From: Armatimonadota bacterium
Lineage (GTDB): Bacteria; Armatimonadota; Zipacnadia; Zipacnadales; UBA5352
Assembly (NCBI GenBank): GCA_034722055.1
Contig: JAYENL010000038.1
Span: forward strand, 23,677-87,676
Reading direction: 5' to 3'
Length of the DNA: 64,000 bases
Shown in pieces: positions 46,521 to 55,502 of the stretch. Position 1 is the stretch's first letter. Each line of letters opens with the position of its first letter. The position numbers and the translations under genes were made by a program. The notes under the pieces were generated by a model. That model did no database searches and was not told the DNA's origin. It saw only the letters and a program-made list of their open reading frames with translations.

Positions 46521-48791
46521 ATGAAGCTGGCCGATACCATCCCGTTCTCGACCGACCTTCGCTCGCCGCTGTGGACGGAGATCGCCTGCCGCCCCGGCGC
46601 CCGCCCGGAGGCAGGCGATGTGCGCATCGACGGCTCCTGGGAGGTGGTGGCTGAGGCCGAGGAGCCGGCTGTTGCCGCCGCTGCGGATACGCTCGAGGAC
46701 GTCCTTCACCTCTCATACGGCGTTCCCAGGGCCAGAGCCGCCGAGCGGCCGATCCTGCTGCGCATTGACCCGACGCTGGGCGCCAGTCCCGAGGTTCACT
46801 CCCTGCGGGTAGGCGAGGACGGAATCGAGGTCCGGGGCGCGGGGCCAGCAGGGGTGCTGCATGGTGTCTTCCGGCTTATCGGGCTGATGCGCGAGCGTGG
46901 CGGACCCTTCGTGCCGCCCGTGGAGGAGACGCGGAGGCCGCTGTTCCGCCACCGCATCCACCGCTCGCCCCTGTCCCCGTTCTACGTGGAGGAGCTGACC
47001 GGTTATGCGGGGCCGCCCTTTGAGAGCAAGTGGCGGGAGACGGAGTGCGAGTATCCAGCGTGGCTCGAGGAGGACGCCGGGCCCGACAGCTTCTACGACG
47101 ACAATCTGCTCCTGCGGCTGGCGATGCACGGCTTCAACGGCATCTGGATCCGCGGCGCGCTGCGCAAGTTCGCCAGGTGCGAGGTCTTCCCGGAGTTCGG
47201 CGCGGACGCCGAGCGCATCCTGTCCGAGCTGCAGCGCCTGTGCCGCCGGGCGGCCCGGTTCGGCATCCGCGTCTTCCTGTATCTGAACGAGCCCATGGGC
47301 CTGGATGAGGATGACCCGTTCTGGCAGCGCCACCCGCAGGTAAAGGGCCCGCTGTGTCACCTCAAGCCCGTCAACTACCTGTGCAGCAGCACGCAGGAGG
47401 TGAAGGACTACCTCCGCCAGTCCTGCGAGTACGTCTTCACGCACGTCCCGGAGCTCGCCGGCGTGCTGCTTATCACCGCCTCGGAGTATCCCAGCCATTG
47501 CTACTGCCACACCAAGCGTCCCGGCAGCGCCGAGCAGCTTGAGGAGATGATCGAGGAGGGTCAGCTCTGCCCGCGCTGCGCCGAGCGGACGCCCCAGGAG
47601 GTCGTCGGCGAGATCATCACCCTCATCCGCGACGGCGTGAAGGCCGCCAAGCCTCAGGCCGGGGTCATCGCCTGGAACTGGAGCTGGAACATGTACGAGC
47701 CCGACCCTCAGCGGGGCGTCCTGGAGCAGCTTCCCGACGACGTCATCGTCATGGGGGATTTCGAGCGCGGGCAGCCCACCTCGGCGCTGGACTTCGAGTA
47801 CACCAATGACGAGTACTCCATCAAGGTCATCGGTCCCTCGCCGCGCTTCACTGGCGTGGCGGACTTTCAGCGCGAGCGCGATCTGCCCGTCTACGCCAAG
47901 GTCCAGATCGGCACCACGCACGAGAACCCCGACGTGCCCTACCTCCCGGCGCTGCAGAAGATCGCCCGCAAGTGGCAGGCGCTCGTGGAGTCCGGCTGCA
48001 CCGGCATGATGACCTGCTGGAACTTCGGCAATATGCCCTCCCTGGCCACCGAGGTCGCCGGGGAGATGACCTGGGACCCGCAGCCACAGGTGGAAGAGGC
48101 GCTGAACAGGGTTGCCGCCAGGCACTTCGGGCCGGAGGCCGCCGGGAAGATGGTGGCCGGCTGGGAGAAGCTCTGCCAGGCGCAGGACGACTTCCCCACC
48201 AGCATCCCGGTGATGTACTACGGTCCGGTCTCGCGCGGTCCGGCCTTCCACCTGGTCTTCGACCAGATCGACCGCAAGTTCCCCCGCTCATGGATGCTGG
48301 ATACCGACGTGGAGGGCGATCGGCTGGACTGGGTGCAGCCCTTCGGTGCCCAGAAGGTGCTGGAGTGCTACCGTGCGGTTGCCGAGCAGTGGGCTGAGGG
48401 CCTGGAGCTGATGGAGCCGGCGCTGGAGGAGGCGCAGGGATGGCCCCGGGAGCAGCTTGCTCGGGAGATCAGCGTGGCCCGGTTCTGCCTCTCACAGCTT
48501 GTCAGCGCCGCGAACGTCACGGGCTTCCTGCTGGCACGCAACGCCTTCTATGCCTCCGATGATCCCCGCGAGAGGCGCAGGCTGCTGGATCGGATGGACC
48601 TGATCTGCCGCGATGAGCTTGAGAACGCGTCGTCGGCGATCCCGCTGTGTGAGGCGGACTCCCGGCTGGGGTGGCATGGGGAGGCGTACGGGTATCTCAT
48701 CAACCGGGAGCTGATCGAGCGCAAGCTGGAGGGCCTCCGGGAGATCGTGGAGCACCGCATACCCGCGGAGCGCGCGAAGCTGAGCGAGTGA
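46521..48791 (+). CDS. Cytoplasmic glycoside hydrolase-like protein (GH20/GH67 domain 2 + TIM barrel)
   Basis: ATG 46521 after GGAGG. EVHSLRV...IEVRG...GVLHG, GFNGIWI, RAARFGIRVFLY, CPRC, VIAWNW; no signal peptide. Confidence 0.6.
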   Translation: MKLADTIPFSTDLRSPLWTEIACRPGARPEAGDVRIDGSWEVVAEAEEPAVAAAADTLEDVLHLSYGVPRARAAERPILLRIDPTLGASPEVHSLRVGEDGIEVRGAGPAGVLHGVFRLIGLMRERGGPFVPPVEETRRPLFRHRIHRSPLSPFYVEELTGYAGPPFESKWRETECEYPAWLEEDAGPDSFYDDNLLLRLAMHGFNGIWIRGALRKFARCEVFPEFGADAERILSELQRLCRRAARFGIRVFLYLNEPMGLDEDDPFWQRHPQVKGPLCHLKPVNYLCSSTQEVKDYLRQSCEYVFTHVPELAGVLLITASEYPSHCYCHTKRPGSAEQLEEMIEEGQLCPRCAERTPQEVVGEIITLIRDGVKAAKPQAGVIAWNWSWNMYEPDPQRGVLEQLPDDVIVMGDFERGQPTSALDFEYTNDEYSIKVIGPSPRFTGVADFQRERDLPVYAKVQIGTTHENPDVPYLPALQKIARKWQALVESGCTGMMTCWNFGNMPSLATEVAGEMTWDPQPQVEEALNRVAARHFGPEAAGKMVAGWEKLCQAQDDFPTSIPVMYYGPVSRGPAFHLVFDQIDRKFPRSWMLDTDVEGDRLDWVQPFGAQKVLECYRAVAEQWAEGLELMEPALEEAQGWPREQLAREISVARFCLSQLVSAANVTGFLLARNAFYASDDPRERRRLLDRMDLICRDELENASSAIPLCEADSRLGWHGEAYGYLINRELIERKLEGLREIVEHRIPAERAKLSE

Positions 48792-48815
48792 TCCCGGCCA
48801 GGGGGTGACCATGCG

Positions 48816-48935
48816 ATGGGTGATGGTAAGCGGATGAGCCGGCGCGAGGCCATTCAGCGGATGGCGCTGGCGGCGGCCGGTGTGGGTCTGTGCGTGAGCC
48901 GCGGTGCCTGGCGCCAGCAGCGGCGGACCACGTAG
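48816..48935 (+). pseudogene. 39-aa ORF consisting essentially of a twin-arginine signal peptide
   Basis: MGDGKRMSRREAIQRMALAAAGVGLCVSRGAWRQQRRTT*; GGGGGTG upstream. Confidence 0.4.
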
Positions 48936-48982
48936 CAGACGTGGCCCCGAAGCCACTGCCCGCTGACAGGGAGTCTCTCACG

Positions 48983-51900
48983 ATGCGCTGTCTGCTCCTG
49001 CTTGTCTGTCTGGTGGCACCCATCGCAGCCGCTCGCGCCGAGAGCTTCGTCGAGGGGTTCGAGGATGATCCGGGCGACGCGTGGGAGCTGCGCAGCCATG
49101 AGCCCGGCCGGGCGGCCTTCGATGACGGCCGGCTGGTGCTGGACCTGACCGCGGCCGAGAAGGGCAAGTGGGCGTGGGCCCTGCTGCACCGCTCGATTGC
49201 CCTTCCCGCCACGGTCCGATGGCGCCAGCAGCTCGCGCACGACAGCCCCCACACCTACCTCTGCGGCCTGGCAGTGATGCGGCGGTCCGGGCAGTGGTCG
49301 GGGATCAACGTCGGACTGGGGGGCGGCGGCCTGGATGATTGCGTGGTGCTGGGAAGCCAGCGGGCGGCCGAGGGACAGGTGCGGCAGGGCCGCTGGTATC
49401 GGATGACCCTCACGCTCTCATCCAGCGAGCAGATCCTCGTGGTAACGGCGGAGGGGGCGGACGAGCCGCTGGCGACGGCCCGCGAGCACCGAGCGCTCAC
49501 CCGGGGGCCCTACTTCCTGCGCTTCTTCCAGAACGACCACCGCCTGGGACGCGACATGCCGGACGAGTACGAGCAGGACCGCGGCGCCACCTGGATCGAC
49601 GACCTGCAGGTGGAGGCGCAGGAGATTCAGGTTGCATCGCCTCCACCACCGGGAACCAGCAATCCCCTGGCGATTCCGGTGGTCTACAACCGCGCCACGC
49701 GGTGGTTGACGAGCGAGGATGGGCTCTCGGGCGGCTGCATCGCCTGGGAGGCGGTCGGGGAGATGCTGCTGACCGGCGAGTCCGGCGTCTCCCGCTGGCT
49801 GCGGCTGCGCCGGTGGGTGCTGTCGAAGGTTCCCCACTGGCCGGACCAGCCCACCATCCGGCACGTGGACGGCCGGACCACCGACTTCCTGCTGCCTGAG
49901 GGCGAGACGGAGGCCACCTTCGCGCTGCGGGCCCTGCAGTGGAACCTGGACCAGCATCCCCGGTTGCGATGGTCGGCTCAGCCACGGGGCGTCTCCTGGT
50001 CGATGGCCGTGAGCGCTACGGACGGCGTGCATCCCTTCGTGTGGCGACTGGCGGAGACCGAGGAGGCCCACGCGCCCTCGGAGGGGGAGCTCGACCTCCG
50101 CGAGATCTATCGCGCCTCCGGACGTCCGAATGCGCGCGCGGAGATGGACTTCGTGATCACTATCCGAGCCACTGACAACGCTGGCCGGCGGCCGGGGCTG
50201 GCGCTGAGGCTCATCATGCCGGGCGCCAACGCCGTGCTCCCTCGCACTCCGGTAGTCGTTCCCGTGGATGCCGCCCGGCAGGGCGTGCCACTGGAGGCGG
50301 TCGTTGTCGGCTCAGACGGTGCGCTCATGGCTGACGGACAGGTTCAGGCCACCGTGGATGGCCGACCCGTTGATCTGCAGCTCGTTGACGAGAGCGGCCT
50401 GCGCGGGGCGGAGCTGGTCGCCCTGCCAGTTGGTGGTCACGAGATCCCGCTCCGGGCCACGAACGCTGACGGCGAGACGCTGGCCACCGGCAGTGCCACA
50501 GTCACTGTGACAGACCTGGACTTCCTCAGCCATTACGAGCGCGCCAAGCGCAGCTACTGCACCCCCGATGGCGAGGCGGCCGGCCCGCTGCTGGGCGACC
50601 TGTTTGCCTGGGTGCTCTACGAGGACATCGCCGGTCCGGACCGCCGCATGATCCTGGGCCTGGACGACTACCGTCGCTGCGCGCGGGCCGGAGCGGATGT
50701 TACGCAGACCAAGTGGCGGGTGATGCCGCGGGCGGCCATCGAGCGCTACGTGGAGCACCTGGCTGAGAGCGGCGTCGAGGTCATCCGTATCACCCCGAAC
50801 GTGCAGGTGCGCGAGTACTACCTCGACGCCGGTGGGCACCTGGCGATGCACGGGCTGGAGCAGCTCAGCGACATCCTTGACGCGGGGCGCCGACACGGAA
50901 TTCGGGCGGTCATCAACCTCTTCCACTACCCCTACAACCAGTTCGGCCCGCCGGTGAACGCCTACTTCGAGGCCGGCTATCCGGACGAGATGGGGTGGCG
51001 CAGCGACGAGATGTGGGCCCTGCTGTCGCAGTATCTGCACGAGCTGCTGGGCTTCATCGGCTCCGATCCGGCGGTAATGGCCTACACCGTCATGGGCGAG
51101 AACGACCAGGTCCTGCCGGTGGAGTGGCTCAACCGAGCTCACGACTTCATCAAGCAGCGTGCGCCGCGGCAGATGGTGGTGCTCGAGCAGGGCGGCGACA
51201 TCTTCAACTGCCGCGAGGGGCACCCCGCAAGCTACGCTGAGTTCGCTCCCGCCACCGACGGCGGAGTGGGGTATCGGGCGTATCAGACCAGGCAGTACCC
51301 CACGGACTGCTTCATGGCGGTCTGTGCCCGCTTCTATGACCTGGCGCCGCCGAGCTACCATGGAGAGATGGCGTGTGGCATCAAGGTGACCCCGCAGTTT
51401 CAGGTCAAGCTGCGGGACGCCATGGGTCTGGCGCTGACCCTGCAGCAGACGATGGCCATCTCGTGGTCGGCCCCGCCGCTGGAGGAGCTGCGGGGGGCTT
51501 TTGCCGAGGCGGGGAATCTGGTAGACTGGACGCGATTCCGCCGGGCGCAGCCGCCGGTGGCCATGGTAGTTGACACGATAGACGGCGAGACCGCCCGCCG
51601 CCTGGTGGAGTACGAGGAGATGCTCCAGGCGCTGGCGGTGGACTGCGAGTACATCGGGCCTGAGGCCGACCGCAACGGCTACCTGGTGACGCTGGACGCG
51701 CGAGAGGAGATCCCGCCGAAGGCTGAGGAGGCGCTGCGGCGGGCGGCAGAGGCGGCATCGCCGCTGCGCGTGAGCGCGGGGAATCACACCACCTACGCAC
51801 TCTCGTCGGATCGGCGCTGGATGGTCGCCTACGTACGCAACGCCACGCGCTACGAGGTGATGGAGTGTGACATTCGCGCCGTCGAGCGCTGCCGAATGCC

Positions 51901-52078
51901 GGACCGACCCAGGCGGCTGCGCGTGACGCTCCAGGGGTTTGGGGCCTCCTGTCGCTATCGCGTCTGGGATGCCGCAACGGCGGCGGTGGTGCAGGAGGGG
52001 AGTGTCCGGGAAGGTGTGGAGCTAGATCTGGGAGAAACCAACATCGATGTGCTCGTCGGCGTCTTCCCCCAGGAGTAA
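48983..52078 (+). CDS. Secreted multidomain protein with clan GH-A/GH5-like TIM barrel
   Basis: ATG 48983 after AGGGAG; signal peptide ending AARA/E. LAESGVEVIRI, ILDAGRRHGIRAVINL, PAVMAYTVMGEND, YHGEM. Confidence 0.55.
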   Translation: MRCLLLLVCLVAPIAAARAESFVEGFEDDPGDAWELRSHEPGRAAFDDGRLVLDLTAAEKGKWAWALLHRSIALPATVRWRQQLAHDSPHTYLCGLAVMRRSGQWSGINVGLGGGGLDDCVVLGSQRAAEGQVRQGRWYRMTLTLSSSEQILVVTAEGADEPLATAREHRALTRGPYFLRFFQNDHRLGRDMPDEYEQDRGATWIDDLQVEAQEIQVASPPPPGTSNPLAIPVVYNRATRWLTSEDGLSGGCIAWEAVGEMLLTGESGVSRWLRLRRWVLSKVPHWPDQPTIRHVDGRTTDFLLPEGETEATFALRALQWNLDQHPRLRWSAQPRGVSWSMAVSATDGVHPFVWRLAETEEAHAPSEGELDLREIYRASGRPNARAEMDFVITIRATDNAGRRPGLALRLIMPGANAVLPRTPVVVPVDAARQGVPLEAVVVGSDGALMADGQVQATVDGRPVDLQLVDESGLRGAELVALPVGGHEIPLRATNADGETLATGSATVTVTDLDFLSHYERAKRSYCTPDGEAAGPLLGDLFAWVLYEDIAGPDRRMILGLDDYRRCARAGADVTQTKWRVMPRAAIERYVEHLAESGVEVIRITPNVQVREYYLDAGGHLAMHGLEQLSDILDAGRRHGIRAVINLFHYPYNQFGPPVNAYFEAGYPDEMGWRSDEMWALLSQYLHELLGFIGSDPAVMAYTVMGENDQVLPVEWLNRAHDFIKQRAPRQMVVLEQGGDIFNCREGHPASYAEFAPATDGGVGYRAYQTRQYPTDCFMAVCARFYDLAPPSYHGEMACGIKVTPQFQVKLRDAMGLALTLQQTMAISWSAPPLEELRGAFAEAGNLVDWTRFRRAQPPVAMVVDTIDGETARRLVEYEEMLQALAVDCEYIGPEADRNGYLVTLDAREEIPPKAEEALRRAAEAASPLRVSAGNHTTYALSSDRRWMVAYVRNATRYEVMECDIRAVERCRMPDRPRRLRVTLQGFGASCRYRVWDAATAAVVQEGSVREGVELDLGETNIDVLVGVFPQE

Positions 52079-52270
52079 GGTCGAGTGCTGCTTGCGGGCG
52101 TTCTGGCTTCAGGCGTGCTTCTGGTGTTGCATAGCGCTTGGGCGAGTATCGTCCTGGAGTTTGTCCGGCAGAGCGTGACCGTCGTGCCGGTAATCGTACT
52201 ATTCTCCCGTCGGCTGGTCCTGCTGGACGCGCATGACCGCCGGCGGGCGTCTGAACAGGGGACAACCGTT

Positions 52271-53146
52271 GTGAGCAAGCCGCTCGTAGCCCGGATCAAG
52301 GCGCGCATTCCCAAGCCGGTAAAGGAGGCGGTGCTCAGCGCCAAGCGCCTGCCGCGTCTGATGACCAGTCACAGGCGCGTGCTGCCTGATTACATCATAT
52401 TCGGCGCCATGCGGTGCGGGACATCGTCGCTGTATCACAATCTCACGGACCACCCGCAGGTGCTGCAGGCCTTCCGCAAGCAACTGCGGTTCTTTGACCG
52501 CGAGTTCCAGCGCGGGCTCGAATGGTACCGCGCTCACTTCCCGCTGCAGTCCGCCATGGAGCGCATCCAACGCGAGGCCGGAGGCGCCTTCACCGGCGAG
52601 GCAAGCCCGGAGTACATCTTCCATCCGCTGGCCCCCGAGCGCATCTCGGACACGCTCCCGAACGTAAGGCTCATCGCTCTGGTGCGCGATCCTGTAGAGC
52701 GGGCGTGGTCTCACTACAAACATGCCGTTCGCATCGAGGTAGAGAGCTTACCATTCGAAGAGGCGCTGAAGCGGGAGGACGAACGGCTGGCGGGTCAGCT
52801 CGAGCGGATGCGGAGCGACGAGTCCTGCGATCGGACCTACCAGGACTTCTCGTACATTTCGCAGGGCATCTACGCCGAGCATCTGCAGGCCTGGTTTGAG
52901 CACTTCCCGCGGGAGCAGATTATGATCGTGCGCAGCGAGGACATGTTCGCCGAACCCCAGCGGGTGATGTCCGAGGTCGGCGCGTTCATCGGGCTGGGCG
53001 AGTGGACGCCGGACTACAGGGCCTTCAACAGAGCGCGCCCGGGTGATATGCCGCCGGAGATCAGGCGGCGGCTGACTGAACTGTTCGCGCCACACAACGA
53101 GCGCCTCAGCGAGCTGCTGGGCAGGGACATGGCCTGGGATGAGTAG
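52271..53146 (+). CDS. PAPS-dependent sulfotransferase (heparan O-/N-sulfotransferase-like fold)
   Basis: PDYIIFGAMRCGTSSL, GEASPEY, LVRDPVERAWSHY, GIYAEHL..WF. GTG 52271 preferred; the ORF is open from 52085. Confidence 0.85.
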   Translation: MSKPLVARIKARIPKPVKEAVLSAKRLPRLMTSHRRVLPDYIIFGAMRCGTSSLYHNLTDHPQVLQAFRKQLRFFDREFQRGLEWYRAHFPLQSAMERIQREAGGAFTGEASPEYIFHPLAPERISDTLPNVRLIALVRDPVERAWSHYKHAVRIEVESLPFEEALKREDERLAGQLERMRSDESCDRTYQDFSYISQGIYAEHLQAWFEHFPREQIMIVRSEDMFAEPQRVMSEVGAFIGLGEWTPDYRAFNRARPGDMPPEIRRRLTELFAPHNERLSELLGRDMAWDE

Positions 53147-54155
53147 AGACGGATTCCCCGGCGGAGTAATGGTGATCTCCCTGGACTTCGAGCTCGCATG
53201 GGGCCTCCGCGGCTCGAGAGATGATGCCGGCTGGCACGCGAGGATTAAGGGGGCGCGCGAGGCAGTTCCGCGTCTTCTCGACGTCTTGGCCAGCCACGCC
53301 GCGCACGCCACGTGGGGCGCCGTTGGGATGCTCGCGCTTGAGGGATGGGAGGAGCTGCGGGCGAGCCTGCCGGAGGTGCGAGGTGACTTCGAGGGCCCCG
53401 ACCTCTGTGCGTACGAGTACATCCGGCACGTCGAGGGCCGCGAGGGAGAGGAGCAGTTGCACTTCGCTCCGGAGCTGATAGGCGCCATCGCTGACGCGCC
53501 CGGACAGGAGTTGGCCACGCACACGTTCTCGCACTACCACTGCGTCGAGCCGGGGCACACGACCGCCGCCTTCGAGGCCGATCTGCTGGCCTCGCTGGAC
53601 GTGCTGGGTCGCATCGGGCCCCGGCCGCAGAGCATCATCTTTCCGAAGAACCAGGTGGCCGAAGACTGCCTGCGCGTCTGCGCAGGCCACGGCATCGTAG
53701 CATATCGCGGCAACGCGCCGGGCTGGCTGGCGAGGCCGCGCCACAGCCGCGAGCGGGCGCGCGGTCTGCGCCGCGGCCTGCGAGTGCTGGACGAGGTGCT
53801 GCCCCTGTCGGGCCACAACTGCTATCCCCCGGCCAGCATTGCCAGTGGGACCCCACAGGACGTGACCGCCAGTCGCCTCTTTCGCCCGGGGCGCCTGCGT
53901 GGGCAGGCGTTCGACAGGCTGCTGCTGCGGCGCATCACCAGCAGTATGAGCTACGCCGCCAGGCGGGGGCTCGTCTACCACCTGTGGTGGCACCCGCACA
54001 ACTTCGGCATCGCCACCGAGCGCAAGCTGGCGCTGCTCCAGGAGGTTCTGACGACGTTGGAGCACCTGCGTGACGAGCGTGGGATGATGAGCATGACCAT
54101 GCTGGAGGCGGCTCGGGCGACGGCGCCAGCGGGGGCGGGAGCGGTGGAAGGATGA
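53139..54155 (+). CDS. Polysaccharide deacetylase family protein (surface-polysaccharide-locus type)
   Basis: ISLDFELAWG, ATWGAVG, QELATHTFSHY, FPKNQ, YHLWWHPHNFG; overlaps the upstream stop. Confidence 0.85.
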   Translation: MSRDGFPGGVMVISLDFELAWGLRGSRDDAGWHARIKGAREAVPRLLDVLASHAAHATWGAVGMLALEGWEELRASLPEVRGDFEGPDLCAYEYIRHVEGREGEEQLHFAPELIGAIADAPGQELATHTFSHYHCVEPGHTTAAFEADLLASLDVLGRIGPRPQSIIFPKNQVAEDCLRVCAGHGIVAYRGNAPGWLARPRHSRERARGLRRGLRVLDEVLPLSGHNCYPPASIASGTPQDVTASRLFRPGRLRGQAFDRLLLRRITSSMSYAARRGLVYHLWWHPHNFGIATERKLALLQEVLTTLEHLRDERGMMSMTMLEAARATAPAGAGAVEG

Positions 54156-55342
54156 GACTGGTCGTGGCCGCGCAGCAGAAGCTGCTGGAGCGCGATGGTG
54201 ACTACGTCGCCGCGACGAAGGGCTACGAGCGGCTCTTCGGCCGCTACTTCGAGGTCTTCGAAGAGGTGGTTGTACTCGCGCAGACCATCGACGAGGCGGA
54301 CTGGGAGGGGATACGGGCCACCGGCCCCGGGGTGTCGATTGTGCCACTGCCCCGCATCGGCCGTTCGCTGCAGCTTGTGGTGGGCCTGCCGACAATCGAG
54401 CGGCGGCTCGCGGAAATGCGCCTCCCTGACGACGCCTATCTGCTGCGATTCCCGGGAGTCGTCGCGGATGTGCTTGGACGGCGGCTCATTCGGGAGGGGC
54501 GGCCGTTCGGGATCGAGGTGGCCGGCGACCCGCACCTGACCTTCGGCCCCGAAGGCCACCGGCACCCGCTGGCGCCAGTGGTGCGATGGCACTTCATGAG
54601 AGTGCTGCGGCGGCAGTGTGCCAGTGCGGCAGCCGTGGCCTATACGAGCCGTTCGCAGCGAGTGCGGTATCCGCCGGCAGAGGACGCCTTCGTGACGTAT
54701 TACTCCTATCTGTCGCTGCCGGAGGAGCACCTGGTGCAGAAGCCGCGGAGCTTCCCCGAGAGCGGGCACCTCAGGCTCATCTGCGTTGCGGCGCTGCAGC
54801 GGATGTTCAAGTCCCCGGATGTCGCGATAGATGCCCTTGCCAAGTGCGTGGCCTCAGGACTTGACCTGGAGCTGGTGTGGGTCGGCGGGGGGCGATTGCT
54901 CGAGCCGATGCGTCGGCGCGCCCAACGTCGCGGAGTCGCGGGGCGGGTGACCTTCACAGGCCAGCTCCCCTCCGGGAGGCCGGTGCTTGAACAGCTTGAC
55001 GCCGCTGACCTCTTCCTGCTCCCGTCTCGCGCGGAGGGTCTCCCCAGCGCGCTGTTAGAGGCCATGGCCCGCGCGCTGCCCTGCATCGCGTCGGATGTCG
55101 GCGGTATTCCGGACCTGCTGGCTGAAGACGACCTGGTACCACCCGGGAGATCGGACGCGCTGGCTCGGAGGATCATGGAGGTGGCCGGGGACCGGTCGCG
55201 AATGGAGCGCATGTCGAAACGCAATCTCCAGACGGCGTGGAACTACAGGGACGAGGTCGTGGACCAGCGCCGGAGAGCCTTCTACCAGGCTGTGAAACAG
55301 ACGACGCACCAGTGGCTGGACCGGCACGGCGCGAGCCTCTGA
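54152..55342 (+). CDS. Glycosyltransferase family 4
   Basis: ADLFLLPSRAEGLPSALLEAMA.ALPCIASDVGG (EX7E); ATGA overlap. Confidence 0.9.
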   Translation: MRLVVAAQQKLLERDGDYVAATKGYERLFGRYFEVFEEVVVLAQTIDEADWEGIRATGPGVSIVPLPRIGRSLQLVVGLPTIERRLAEMRLPDDAYLLRFPGVVADVLGRRLIREGRPFGIEVAGDPHLTFGPEGHRHPLAPVVRWHFMRVLRRQCASAAAVAYTSRSQRVRYPPAEDAFVTYYSYLSLPEEHLVQKPRSFPESGHLRLICVAALQRMFKSPDVAIDALAKCVASGLDLELVWVGGGRLLEPMRRRAQRRGVAGRVTFTGQLPSGRPVLEQLDAADLFLLPSRAEGLPSALLEAMARALPCIASDVGGIPDLLAEDDLVPPGRSDALARRIMEVAGDRSRMERMSKRNLQTAWNYRDEVVDQRRRAFYQAVKQTTHQWLDRHGASL

Positions 55343-55352
55343 GTCCGCCCCT

Positions 55353-55489
55353 TACCAGCTACCAGCAGTCAGCTACCAGCAGCGAGCAACGAGAAACGGC
55401 TGATGCGTCGTAGCTGATCGCTGATAGCTGACCGCTGATAGCTGACCGCTGATAGCTGACCGCTGATAGCTGACCGCTGATAGCTGAGC
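55353..55489. repeat. Inverted heptamer arrays: (TACCAGC)n facing 11 GCTGAnn units including (GCTGATAGCTGACC)x4
   Basis: Directly visible at 55353-55387 and 55413-55489; the two arms are partly complementary. Confidence 0.9.
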
Positions 55490-55502
55490 CCTGTTATGCC
55501 TG

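Noticed and set aside
55413..55489. Possible CRISPR array
   Set aside because: Contiguous 7/14-bp tandem units with no unique spacers and no cas genes.
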